This document shows, in pieces, positions 22,027-35,485 of a stretch of 64,000 nucleotides of DNA. The notes under the pieces were generated by a model. It worked only from the letters and a program-made list of their open reading frames with translations. It did not search any database and was not told the origin of the DNA. The DNA is taken from positions 46,869 to 110,868 of IMG/VR virus record IMGVR_UViG_3300042691_035156. One strand, 5' to 3'. A program made the position numbers and the translations under genes. How positions within the stretch are numbered: the first letter of the stretch is position 1; the number at the start of each line of letters is the position of its first letter. The DNA is from a virus.

Positions 22027-24277
22027 CTAATTTGGTGCTGGTTTTTTTGGCCAACCCTCCGGTGGGTTATAGGCCCTTGATCCGTCAGGTTGCCTTGACT
22101 TGTATATTGGTTTATATATTTTTCCATCAATCCAAGATTGAAGACTGCTTTTTTTGGTTATTGGATCAGGATTTCTGCTTCTAGAATCTTGTGGAAACAC
22201 TCTTAAAACCCAATTTGCTAGATCGTCTGCACTCTTTCCGGTTAATCTTTTGTATACATCTTGAGCATACCAGTAGGTGTTTTTACCAGCTCTAGGACCC
22301 CTGGTCCATCCTCCGGATATAAAACCGTGATACAAGAAACTGTCCCCCCAGGCCTTACCCATGGCTTTGCTTATTGTGTCAAGTCTAGTTAGCTCTGTTT
22401 TGCCTTGTTTTGACCTAAACATATATAGTTGATTTATTGGGATAAAAGCTCTTCTGTCCCAATACTGTCTACCCGCATTATTTGTTGGATCGTTCCTTTG
22501 TTTGTCTCTTATGAAAGCGTCTCTTTGCTCGTTGGTCATCTGATCTAAGCCATCTCTTTTCCACTCTGCGTAGGCCAGTTTCCACATTTCGAGCACTTCT
22601 TCATTTGGAATAACCAATTTGGTTTTGTTTAAACCACCTGAGTTTGATCTAGTTCCTACTTGAAGAAGCCCAACAAAGCCACTGCTATTGGTGGACCAGG
22701 GGTTCCAACTACTTTCTCTCAACGCCATACCGGTCCATATTGCGGCAGCTTCTTCTGAAAAATTGCCAAAGTCATTAAACAATGTAAAAACTTCATCCGG
22801 AGAAAGGTTTGGGTCTCCCGTATAATATGATTTTCTTAGCTTTGCTGTGATCGAAGCTGCAACTCCGGCACCGCCTGTGCCACCAGCTCCACCGGCTCCA
22901 CCTGTTGTTGCGGGTGTTGTTGGTGGCAACATAGCTGAAGCTGGTAAAATAGCTCCGCCCCTTTTGGCACCAAAACTGATGTGTATGTGGTTTTTGTGAC
23001 TTGAATCTGCGTGAAAGTTTACATGACCAGCTAAATTGGGATGAGACTTTCTTATGACGCTATCTGCAGACTCAAGTCCCTCTCGTACTCCAAGTTGATC
23101 TCTTAAATTATCTCCGATAACTATTAAGTCTGGGTGCAACGATTGGGGCATCTGCTCAATATAAGACAGCAACAATGTAAGGGCTTGCAGATAATAACTT
23201 GCTGCAGGAGCTGATCCAAGCCAGTAGGCTTGCTGCTTAGTGATGCCAACTGCCCCTATATCAAACCCCCTACCAAAAGCATGGTCGGAAACGCTATTGT
23301 TTCCTTCTGTTAGAGCACTAAAGTTTGGACCAATAATTCCTCTCCATGTTCCAAATCCACCCTTAATAAAAAGGCTGTCAGTTAATCTTGAAAGAAGCTC
23401 GATAAGGGCTGCTGATGGATAAGCTTTTCTTGCGCCAGTTCCAAAAAGAGATTTATCTATAACGTCCGTTTTGTATGAGTATCTGTCTCCGCTTTTAATA
23501 TAAGAACCAGATTGAGATATATCAAAAGTAAGACTTTTTAAATTTTGCCCTTTTGAGTTTGTATCAAAATTTATTGAAAATCCATTTAAACTTATTGAAC
23601 CATCAAAATTTGCTTTGTTGTTTAGTGCGTTGATTTTGTTTTGGTACTCTGTTTTTTCAGCTTCTGTAAGTTGATCGATAAGGGCAACATATCTGTTTCC
23701 GTTATTGTAGACCTCTCCAGAAGAAGAAACATAACCATCAGTGTTGTGCTCTATGGTTTGTCCAGTGTTTTCATCATATATAACTCCTCCGTTCTTGGGC
23801 TCCCGTAGATTTTTCTGATAACCTTCCAGAGACAACATCTGCAGTAGCAGAAGATACAAAGTTTTCAACCGCATCGTCAAAACCACCTGGGGCAAATCCA
23901 GTTGTCATAATTGATTTTCTGGCTATTTCCATTTTTGCTTGGGCACCTGTCAGCCTTGCTTCATTTTTTGGATCGTCCGGATCTGCGACAGCAACAGTTT
24001 CATCAATGTCAGATCCCATTGCAAGCACTGTGTGCAAAGCTGCTTTAGTATTGTTTTCATATCCAGCGAGAGGGAAAGCAGGATTCCTATAGATACCATC
24101 GCCCTGCATAACCTTGATAACGTCCCTAGTCATCAAACTTCTGTCATAGTTGTCGTCTTGAGAATAAGAGGTATTTTTTATTATCTGTTGATTCTCAGGA
24201 TAAAAAGACCTTTTAACCATTGACGTTATAGACTGAGAGTCTCCAAGGTCGTCTACGTTTACATTGAAATCGGCCAT
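22027..24277 (-). CDS. Virion-associated peptidoglycan hydrolase (M15-type Zn peptidase plus SLT/lysozyme-like domain); ~749 aa via +1 shift at 23791
   Basis: SDHAFGRGFD (HxxxxxxD) and HKNHIH for M15; ALRESSWNP...GLLQV for transglycosylase. The 167-aa and 622-aa ORFs join at CGGA. Confidence 0.8.
23788..23791 (-). other. CGGA +1 frameshift site B (codon 163)
   Basis: CAA GAA [C]GGA GGA GTT ATA TAT GAT; zero frame stops 5 codons later. Confidence 0.8.
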
Positions 24278-24278
24278 C

Positions 24279-27200
24279 TTAATCTACAACCCTTTCAGGA
24301 ATTGGAATTTCGTCTTCTATATCAACTTGTGCGGGGCTCTTAGTGAAAAGAAGTCCCTTTGTATAAACCTTGGCCAGCCCATTTGCGACCAGCTCCCAGT
24401 TGAGCGTTGCTGGCGTTCCATCATTATAGTACTCATCCCATGCTACCATTGGCCATTCTGAAGCTTTTTCATAAACATTTTCAAGAACAAGAATTGAAAC
24501 AAGAATTGAAAATATTTTTCTGTCCTCAATAGTTGTATCATTTAGGGGGTCCGAAGACCCAGTGGAACTAAAGTAGTCAACTATTAATGGTAAAGACCTT
24601 AGGCGATTGTAGATGGTAGTATAATTTTTCTTTATTATTGATTGATCATAAAGCCTTGAATAAACCTCGTTTACAACGGCCGACTCCTGTATTTCGTTAT
24701 TGACAAGCTTGCTTACAAAAACGTCTCGTACCTGTTGTATTGCATTTTGTAATTTGTCAGAATCTGTTTGATGAAAAATAGTGGCCATATACCTATCATC
24801 GGAAGTGGCAAAGCTTTCTCCCTTAATCGCAGTTTCGTAATATTCTGGGTTGTTCTTAACTGCTCCTGCATCTAAGTCGTCTTCGGTTAAAATTATTGAA
24901 GAATTTGTTTTTGGAGATATCCTAAGAACAACAAGTTTTCCGTTTACGGCATCAAAGGTGTACTTAAGAGCTCTTCCTCCTGGAGTAAGAGTATTGAAAA
25001 CACTTTCTTGACTTCCGGTATTAATAGCTGCTTCTATGTTTGTCTGCGCTAATTCTGATGTGTTTATCCCATCAAATCTGACTCTGTATGCATTTCCTGT
25101 TAGGACATCTCTGACGTCAAAAGTGTCACCGTCAACAACTTTGTTGACAACAACTATTGCCTTAAAAAACTGATTAAGACCGGTTTTCTCTGGTCCTATT
25201 CCAGAATACTTCAATATCTGAGAGTTGACTATTGCATTTTCAAGGCTTATGTGCCTTATTAGTGAAGATATTTCATTTTCTTTCCATCCCATACTCCTAA
25301 AAATATCATCGCTTCTTATATATGAGTTTCCTTCTGCGGTTCTAACATTTGTTCTTACCCCAAGAATTCCTGGAAGCAATTTCTTTGAATGATATCTACC
25401 AACAACCATTCCTTGATTGAAAGACAGACCTGCGTCCATAGGCTGACCATTTCTATTTAGATACTGCACATAGCAGCCGTGTTGATCAAGAACATTGTCT
25501 CTGGTCCACTTCCATGCAGACCAGGCTAAGTCGCTTGCTACTGCGCCGCCGGCAAAGCCTATTCCAGCACCGACTGGTCCTCCAACCAGGAATCCAACAG
25601 TTGTTGCAGCTGCAGTTAATATTGGCGCACCAAGCCCTATAGCAAGAGCTCCACCAAGACTTCCGTCTTGTTTTCCTGTAGCGTTTTTAATTTTAGCTTT
25701 TATTTGATCTTTTACATCTGGAAGAGCGTCTGCTGCTATGTTTGCGGTTATATCTTTTACAAGAGCGGAGTGACCATGAGTATACATTAAGCCACCTGTC
25801 ATCTGAGTTCTGAGAGATTCGGCCAATGAATCAAGAGGAATTTGTCCGTTTGCTTGAGCGAGTCTCATTCCTTGTTCTGAAGCCATGATTAATCTAGTGT
25901 CGTTTCTTAGATTTTGTATGCTGAAATGAGATGATATCCAGGAAGACATAAACCATCTTGCCGGATCATTGACCGAAACAAAGGCATTAGGTGTTATTGA
26001 AGTGATGAATCCCATTTCTGGAGTAAAGTGATGAACAACCTGCTCAACTTCAAATATTCCATACATTCTTTCATACACGTCGGCAAGATACACTAGGTCG
26101 TGCGGCCTTATGTCTGCATTACCTATAATTGTTATTTCTCCGCTATAGATATCTTTTATAGACTCTTTAAGGTGCGCAAGAGCTATTCTTCTTGCTGTTA
26201 ACTCATCCGGCTCTCCCGATGCTGTTTTGGAAATTCCTCTAATTGTTTCCATTGGATGGAATATCGGATGCAGCACTCCGAAAAATCCAGAGCCTCTTAG
26301 GTTGTCAAAATAAATTCCTGTTTCTATAGTTTTTTCAACTTGTCTTTCAGCTGGAGCAGACTTGTCAAGAGCAACCGTAACTGGATATTGACCGTCAGAA
26401 ACTGCGGTGATTTGTGTTGCAACTCCGCCAAGGTTCTCTTGAATGGCGTTTCCGATAATGTGCGTAAAAGAACTTAAGTAGTGCAGCCTCTGGAAAGGCT
26501 CTCTAATTTCAACCACTGGCTCACCGTATTCTCTAGTAAAGGGATTGTCCACCGCCCTTAAGAGTGTTCCGGGTCTACCTAGTGAATAATAGATAGAGTC
26601 ATTATAGGCTTTATTTAATATGTTTGCTTGTCTTGCAAAGTTGTCAACTTCAGAAAGTCCATAGCTCATTTGCGCCATTGACAACCTAAACAGGTTAAGC
26701 ATATTGCCAATAGCAGTTGTGAAGACAGAGAATATTGGTCCTATATTTTTATTATAGAAGTCTTTTGCGTCCTCTAGTCCTCCAGACATCCAGTTGGTTG
26801 CGCTGTTTCCTTCTTTTGCATTTGCTTGTAAGAGTTTTTTAAACTTTGCTGCATCCTTGCCATAAGTAGAATTGTAGTCAATAAAAGCCTGCCATATTTT
26901 ATCAACTGGCCTAAAGCTCCAGGCATCTGACTCTTTGTCTCCACCGGTTACTAGCCTCTTTCTGTCTGGTCTTAAAACTATCCACGCCCTTGAGTAAGCG
27001 TCCTCCCAAAGTTTTTGCCTGAAGACTCCAACTAATAGTAAAAATAGCTGCTTGGGAGTTTTAATTTGTTGCAAGTACTCTTCTGCTATTTGTTGAGACG
27101 TTTGGAATGCTGTTGATGAACCCGAAGTTGTTGTTTGATCAGTTGTTTGGCCGGTAGCATTAGTTGTTTCTGCTGAACTATTTGTGTTTGATGTAACCGT

Positions 27201-30200
27201 TGTTTCGTTTAAGGATTGAGACGATGAAAGTAATGATACATTGTTTTTTATCAGATCTTTAATAAAGCTAACTCTAAATTCAATAGCTTTATTCATTATA
27301 TCTACTATACCCTTATTTGGGTCTGTTTTTATCTTTGAGTTTTCATCAAATCCATCAAAGCCTTTATCAACATATTCATTTATTGCTATGCCAAGAGCTT
27401 CTTTTCTATCAGCTATTTGTTGTGAGCTACCGTTTTCTAGCCAGTCTGCTCCAAGCAAGGATGCAAATTCGTTGTAGGAATTATTATCAGCTGAAAATTC
27501 TTTTATTTGTCCGGATTTATCTGCTCCAGCTATGATTGCAACAATTGGATTATTGCCAGCTGGATCATCATCATCTGGATCCATTCCATATATTTCAGCA
27601 AATATTGCCTTTACTGATTCATATGTGTGATATCCCCATCTAAACTGGTCCCATATATCCTGAGCTTGCTTTAAGGTCCTTCCATTTCCAGCTATTACCT
27701 TTACGTCGCTGGCAAAGTCTTCGTCATAAAGACCCCTAGCCTCTTGCGCAATAGGATCAATTGGATCGTACACTGCGGCAAAGTCAGTGTTTTCTGCTAC
27801 GTTTCTTGCATCTATTAATGTTTGTTCTTTGAGTTCGTCTAATCTGTCAATTGATTTAACTATTTCAAAATACTTTGAATAGTTTCCACCCTTTGTTAGT
27901 GTCTGTGAATACTCTTCTTGATCAAGAAGCCTAATTATTTCGGAGTATGTGTACTTGTCTGCTTTAAGACCACTGAAACCTCTTTGGCCAGTTTCTGATC
28001 TTTCAAATGGGTCACCTATTACTGACACATATGGTATTGAATCTGCCTCAGACAAATCAAGAACTTTACTTCCTTCATAGTCTTCATTTAATTCAAACCT
28101 TCCAAAGCCTATAGTCATTTTTTGACTACTGTTTGAAAGAGCGTCTTGCAAGGATGAACTAAATTCATTTGCCCTGTTAAAAGAGCTGGTAACTATACCA
28201 AGAGGAACGTCGTCTGTCACAAAAGTAAAGTAGCATTTTGTGAGGTCTGCGCTTGCCATTCCAGAAGAAGCTGCTTGTGTTTGCTCCGCTAAATTAGCTG
28301 AAGGAAGTAAATTCATATTTTCTTCTGCTGAAAGAATTCTTCCATCTTGATCAATAAGAAGTCCAAGAGCAAAGGCAGCGTCTGGAGAAACAATTGCCTC
28401 TATTCTCTTATCTTTGTCTTCGGCTGGTTCGTTCCACAAGAAATAAGCTGGAGCACAAACTACAGCCTGCTTTGTGTCGGGGTTGTAAACAAGAACCCTT
28501 CTTTTTTTGTAGTCTTGCGGAGTTCCCTTCAGCTGATATCCAGATAAATCATAGTCTGATATAAATTTGTTTAAAGCCTCAGATTTAAGATTTTCAAAAT
28601 CATTATTTGTTTCTCCGTTTAGTTTTTGAGAAGATATCGGATCATACGGCCACCTCATGGCGATGTGCCACTGCTCTTCTTCTGCTGTTTTTGGCATACC
28701 CCAATCCGAAAAGCTTATGTTTACTCCAGCAAAATCGACATTGCGTTGATATGCCCTATCTAGATCCTGATATATGTCTTTGTACTTTTCTGTAAATTCA
28801 AAGTATCCACCTGAGCCAACCGTAAGTTCAGGAGATGAACCGCTACTGATTATCGGTAGTGGCATTAAAACTTCTAGCGAGGCTTCTATTCCAGATATAT
28901 CGTCTGTATTAATTCCCGATGGATCGTAGGCTGCACTTGCTTCTCCTGCTATTGAATTAAATGCTGACGCATATTTTGAGAAATCAAAGTTAAAATTCAG
29001 TACATATTCTGACGCTTGATCTTTTGATACTAGTTTTGTTTTTCCGTCTTCTGCTGTTATTAGATTTGCTTCAGCTTTTGCGATTTCAGCGATGTTGGAG
29101 GCCTTTGCTGCGTAATCTTCAAAAGTTGTAGATCTTTGTAGTATCTTATCAAAGTCAAGAGATGGTAAAGCGCCACTGACTCTGTTGGTAAAGAATGGGT
29201 ATCTATATCGTGCCGGCAAGAATGGAAGCTGGATGTGATCTTGCTGAACAAAAGATTTTATTTCTCCATCTGGTCCACCAAAGGGCAAGTGGAAACCAAC
29301 TTGCACTCTTCCTTCATTGACGGGAAGAATTGATCGCACTTCTCCCTTTATATAATATTCGTTTCTGTTTTGATCTCCAAAGTTAATAACTTTACCATTA
29401 AGTTTTGCACCAGATGCGTAAACGTTTTGGAAAGTAAGTGAATCTCTCATGAATGTTGACATTTGACCAGCAAGACTTGATTCTCCTGCTGCAGCAAATG
29501 CATTTGCATCGGCTAATGGATTTGTTTCTTTATTTATCCTCTGCATTATCTTGCTGAGTTCATCGTCTGGTGAAACCCAGCTAGGAATTTGAACACCATC
29601 TTTTCTTGCTTGGTTTTCGTTTGGAAAACCACTAGAAATAGGAACTAAACCAGAAGTGTATAACCAGTGTGGTTTTCCGTAAAATACAGTTGACCTATCT
29701 TCAAATGGCCTTACTGCAACTATATAGTTTGGTAGCAACCTTGCACAAAGTTGAAACATGTCCCATACAGATCTCATGTAAGTTTGGGCCCTGAAGGAAA
29801 CTTCATCATAAAGATCGTCATCAAGATCTGAAACAAGGCCAAGAGTTTTCATTACACTCATCGTTCCTCTGCCGCTAAAGTTTCGAATCAATTTTTGTCC
29901 CAAGATTGCTGTAGCAGGAGATATGCCCATCATCATCACTCCGCCAATAACCTGAGTAGTGCCAACAGCCCTTGATGAGTCAACGAGTTTATTCTGAGCC
30001 GTCATTGAATCCAAAACCTGAGATGCATCGTTTGAATCACTTCTGTTTGATTGCTCTATTAATCTTGACCAAGAGGAATCAGAAAGCCTATCCATGTAAC
30101 CAAATTTTTGCTCCATAACTTTATCTGGATCAACGCTAGCAAGAGTAGTCCAGCCATCTTCAAGGTCTCCACCAAGAAACTGAGCTACGCCAATTCCATT

Positions 30201-33200
30201 TCCTGGATAAATATTTCTTTTAAATATTTCAAGATCTCTTGTTGTGCTGAGGTTTGCCCACATGCTTCGCAGCGCTCCAACTATTGGGGTTCTTACGCTT
30301 CCTCCAGCTGAATTCATCATTCCTAAAGTTCCAACATTTGCTGCACCGTTCCAAGCCAACCCTGCTGCACCAGTTACCGGATTATTGCCAATTGCATTGA
30401 AGGCATTTCCTACAGCGTTTCTAAAATCCCTTGCCTGTTGAGCTTCTCTTTCTGTTAGTGGCTCATACAATATTGAGCCGAAGTGTCTAATACCAAACTT
30501 GTTTTCAGAGAAGACGGTTCCTCTTGTTGCGTGAGCAAACGCTTCTCTTACTCTTGAGGAACCCATTGAGAGCAGTCTGACCATAAGGTCCCTTGGCTCA
30601 GACATCCAAAGGCCGGTGTTTATGCCTCCATCAATTTTTCCGCTGTCACCCTTTTTGTTGGTTGAGTTAATGATTGGGCTTAGCTCTATAGCGTCTGATT
30701 GAGCTACTACGGTTAGTATTTCTCCGTTTTCAACGTTAGTTATAACACCATTAAACACAGTCTGAAGTGAATTCGGATTTGCTCCATAACCAGCTCTTAG
30801 GTGAACTCTAACTCCAGGCTTTAGTCTTACGTTCTCTATTTCTGTTATATACTGGCTATCAAAATGGTTAGCAAAGTTTCTTGAGGCATTTAACAGAACG
30901 TCTATGACCTGCATTGTTCCTTGAGCAAGGGTTGTACTGGCTTGATCATACATGGCTCCAGTATCAACAACTTCGGCAAGTGTGAGTTCGGGCCTTGTTA
31001 GTTTCTGATAGGCGTTTGACAACCTAAGGATTAGGGTGTCACCCAAAATATCTTCTGATTGAACTATTGAAAAATCAACAATTGATTGCAAACCATAAAA
31101 GTTGTCGAACAACTTAACGCCAGCAAAGTATCCACCTTCATCAATGAGCCACAACATGTAGGTGGGAAATGCTCTAAGCATTCTTCCACTAATATCTCTA
31201 TATTGAGTATCCAACATCATCTTTTCCCAGTGTTTTGCTGGACTGTTATAAACTCCGTTGGACAATGACTGCATCTTGTCTTTTTCGCCAGATGCGTAAG
31301 GGTTCATATAATTTTGAAGAGGCTGAGCTCCAGTTACTCCAGTGTGAGTGTCCTGAGGATCTCTGTCTGACGCTGATGTGTCAGAAACTTTTGTTGTTCT
31401 AACGTTTTTGACATTTGCTTTTCCGTTTGAATCAATTTCAATATCCAAGCTATCAGATGCAATATAGAATCTTCCATCTTCTTCGCTTGAATAGCCAAAT
31501 ATAAATCCACCATCAGGTGTCTGCATGATTGCGGGGATTTTACCTAGAGCGCCACTTTCTGCGGATGGTATATAGTGAGTGACGCCAATGAAATCCATTT
31601 CATCTGGGTCAATCGATGGAAGCTCGCCCTCTTCTAGGTTATAAGTAGAACTTTTTACCAAAGAATTAAATCTACTAATCTGCTCTTGAGAACCAGAGAC
31701 TAGGTCACCAATTCTTATTGGACCAAATCTTGTATTAAATTTTAAATCTTCAAATGTATGAGTTTCACCAAACTCATCTACAAAAGTTTCAATAAAGTCT
31801 TGCCATAGATTTGGGTGAACCTCTGAAAGGCTTTGTCCCTGTTGAAGGTTTGATCTTTCATATTCCGTGTCATTATCTCCATCAAACACTGCATACCTAA
31901 AAATTTGCATTGCCTTTGAAGGACTTAGTTTTAATTCATCAATTAAAAAATCTCTTATATCTTCTATTGATGCGTTATTTTCAATAAGTCTTTTCTTGAC
32001 CTTATTAATAATTGATCTTTCGGCAAATGTTGTTTCATTGTAGTTAATCGTGTTTGCAAGAGGTACGTGGAATTTTTCTGGATCTATTATGCTGTTGACG
32101 ACATCGTCATCATACATTTGAAAGGATCTGAAATAAAAGTCTGGATCAATTGCCCCCAACATATTTCCGGCTTCGTCTTTAATGGTTAGAGGCATGTCAG
32201 GATATGCGTTAAAGATGCTCCAGTTTTGCTTGAGCCTTAGAAATGGGTTTCGCTTTGACTTAAAATCCTCAATAAACTTTCTTTGCTGTTCGCTACTAAG
32301 CTTTTCTCTCTTTTGCTGATAAACATCAAAGTCTACAAAAGATAATTGAACATTGTATGCGTGAGGATAATTTGGAATCGTCTCAACATTATATTGAAGT
32401 GGCATTACGTACTTGATGCCTGCCAGAGCTGTTATAACATTTTTGATTCCCAAGAAACCTATGACTCCGGCAGCGTGCTCCATTCTTGCAAGACCTGTTA
32501 GAAAGTCAAAAGTTTTCTTTAGTTTTACCAATTCTCTTTCGCCAAAGACTGTCATTGAAATATTAACATAAGAATCTTTTGCTCCTATGTGCTGGAACGT
32601 TGGCTCGTCTTGCATCTGTAATTGCAGTTTTGCGAGGTTATTTCCTGTGGTAACGTTTATGGCATTGATAATAACATTTTTTGGATCAAGCTCTACTCTT
32701 ACCATGGGCACATCCCATTCTCTGAATGAGAAGGACCCCTGCTTTGCTCTTACCGCTTCAAGTATATTTTGAATGTCAGCATTTAAAAAGAATCTATTAT
32801 ACAAAGAAACATTGAAGGCATCGACGAGTTCTCTTTCAACCTGCTTTTTAATGTTGAGCCATTCTGCTGTTTCTCTAACATTTGGATTGGATATATCTAT
32901 TTTCTTTTTTCTAGCTCTGCTATCGGTTTCGGCATCAATTGATGCGGATAGGTATCCTTTTGCAGTTTTTGAATTGTTGTATATAGCGGTCTTTGCTGCA
33001 ACTATTTTGTCCCTTTCAGTTTGGCTACCAACTGATCCAGGAACTTCAACTTCTTCTGGCGGCCTATTGTCCAATAGGTAGTCGGCAACCTCTTTGTTGG
33101 TAATCTTGTTTGTTGATATGTACTCAACTGCTAGAGCTTCGTAAACTTTGTCTCTTATGTCTTTATGGCTTGTGCCAGCAAGAACAACGCTTAGGACAGA

Positions 33201-35007
33201 TCTTGCTCTTTTCATCATATTGGGTGGTATGTTTGTGTTTCTGGCTGTTTCCACCACTGAGTCCAGTGTTCTGTGGTAGTTTGCCGACTCATTTACGTCA
33301 ATGCCAAAATTGTTTAGTATGTTTTCCCAAAAGCCTCTTCCAACATCCGTTAGGGCAACCTCTTCTGCTGTTCTAAATGTTGACTCATCTGGAGCATATA
33401 TCTTTGATTGAATCTTAGCGGGAACATATAGCTCTAGATTTTTTCCATTTTGCCATTCTTGATATACATTAGTTGTTAAAGTGTCAGTTAAGGTGTTGTA
33501 CACTCCGGAGTTTGTTAATTCAGTTTTTCCTGTATCTGGATTGTATTGATATGCACCAGGTCCCCCCAGTATAGGACTTGTTACTTGATTTAATCCAGAA
33601 TCGCTTTGCTTCTTTGAAGCCTCATCAACTAGGTCGGACTCAAGAAGAAAGTCTTCATTGATATAAGAATAAAGAGAGCCTGCTGCTCTTCCCATGTACT
33701 GCCTATATTTGCCCCAATGTATTGCTTGGTTGAAGTCGTTCAGCATTGGTAGAAATGGCTTGTGGTTAAAGTTAAGTAGCTCGAGATCTACTTGTATTGC
33801 AAATGGATAATCAGGAACTGTTGAAAGATTTATTGAAGATAATGCCACTCCAGTTATTCCATGAACGCTGTTTAAGTAATGGTTTTTTATTGGAAGGATT
33901 GGACTATATTTGAACGCAGCAACCAAGCCTCTCAAAGAGGATAGAAACTTGTCAATCTTTTCTGTATTTTGTTCGTTTTGAAAATCAACTTTGTATCTTG
34001 AGTCAACAACAATTTTTGACGCATCATCAATTGAAATTCCCCAAATTTCTTCGTAATTAGGAAAGTACAACCTGAGATTAATAGTTGTTTCTCTATGGCC
34101 TGAATTAAACTTTGGTGACGACTTTTGTCTTAGTGCTCCTCCAGTAAGGCTTCCAGTTTTGAACCCAGTGCTTACACTAATTGAAATTGGAGGCACAAAG
34201 AAGTTTGCTGCACCAAGTCTAAGATGAAATATATCTGGAGTTGCCGGTGGAGTATCGGGCGGTGTTCCTATTTTCTTTATTGCTTTTTCTATTTTTTGTG
34301 CTGTTGTGAAGTTTTTAATTGCCCAAACAGGTTTAAATATAGCTTCGCCATTTGCATCAACACCAAAGCTTTTGAACATCTGATCAATAATTTGACTTAC
34401 GTTATTAAGCTCATCACCCTCGGTGTAGTTGTAGTCCGCTGTTGCTGCCAAAGCAGAGATAAAAATATTTGACAGTGTAGGAAAATAGGTATAAATAATT
34501 GACATTGAAACAGGGTCTCTTAAAAAATAATCCCTGACTCTACCTAGAGCAACAAGCCACCCAGTATCTCTTATCGGGTCATTTATTTTTGCTGCAGAAG
34601 ATCTTAGTATCTCTGCGCTTGAAAATCTTAACCTTGAGAACTCTTGTATTCCGCCCTATTTGTTCGATTAATTCTATTAATCCCGAGTTCTTAATTTTAT
34701 TAACGATTTCAAGTCTATACTTGTGATCAAGTCCTAAAAAAGATGACCTAAAAGATAAGAATTTATTTTCTAAATCAGAACTAAGTCCTGTTTTGTAGCT
34801 ATCAGTTTCGTACTTTGCAAAAGTGTTTGTACCAAAAAAGGCTTCGGATTGATCAAAAATAAGATCACCAGTTACAGCAGTTATGGGCATCTTAACTGCT
34901 CGTTCTAGAAGGCCAGTAAACACACTGCCAAATGAATACTCTTTTTCAAAGAGTTTAGAATATGGTTCTAATTCTGAACCTTCAAATGTATCTTGAGTTT
35001 CTGACAT
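24279..35007 (-). CDS. Giant baseplate hub (gp27/gpD-like) fused to RlpA-like barrel, hydrophobic hairpin and C-terminal SNase domain; ~3575 aa via +1 shift at 34653
   Basis: Hub motifs KPGVRVHLRAGYG..FNGVI and GEITIIGNADIRPHD...FEVEQVVHHF..GFIT; SNase motifs VVDGDTF..RVRFDGINTSE and LNWELVANGLAKVY. Confidence 0.75.
34650..34653 (-). other. CGGA +1 frameshift site C (codon 119)
   Basis: CAA ATA GGG [C]GGA ATA CAA; +1 frame open for 49 codons into ATG 34505. Confidence 0.75.
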
Positions 35008-35012
35008 ATTAA

Positions 35013-35477
35013 TTACCTAAACATTTTTTCAACAGCCAATTTACTATTGAGCTTATTTGCCGAACTATTGGTTGGAGCTATTGAATTATACCTTGTCATA
35101 CTACCATATTTTGTAAAACCAGTAAAGTTCATTTTACCAATATTTTCAAATTTTGGAGGTGTTCTATCTTTATATCTAGCTGTCTGTATCTTTTTGTTTG
35201 CGTATCCTGAATTGTTTATTTGAATATGAGTAGACGGCGCATTATCAAGACCTTCAAAAGATCCCCTTACTGGGTCTGGCACTCCATCGTTTATTTTACT
35301 TCTTGGAGTATGGGCTACTGAACTTGTTTCATTTACGGATCCGCCACTGCTAGTTGTGCCACTTGTTGCTATCTTGGCAGCTAGTTTATTTGAAGTTCTG
35401 GTCCTTGGAGTTGTGTCTATTCTTTTTGAGGCAGCATCTCTTAAGTTTTTGTTTTGAGAATCAGAACCAAGAATCAT
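35013..35477 (-). CDS. Hypothetical basic low-complexity protein
   Basis: 154 aa, packed between neighbours, Ser/Thr/Lys-rich. Confidence 0.6.
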   Translation of the reverse strand: MILGSDSQNKNLRDAASKRIDTTPRTRTSNKLAAKIATSGTTSSGGSVNETSSVAHTPRSKINDGVPDPVRGSFEGLDNAPSTHIQINNSGYANKKIQTARYKDRTPPKFENIGKMNFTGFTKYGSMTRYNSIAPTNSSANKLNSKLAVEKMFR

Positions 35478-35485
35478 TTTAAAAC

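Noticed and set aside
22017-22130. N-terminal extension of ORF 21651..22130 (contains CGG-A)
   Set aside because: Overlaps the hydrolase gene; the real start is probably ATG 22016 with an RBS, so this CGG is not translated in that frame. The same applies to the CGG codons in the track's extensions at 23792-23895 and 54663-54701.
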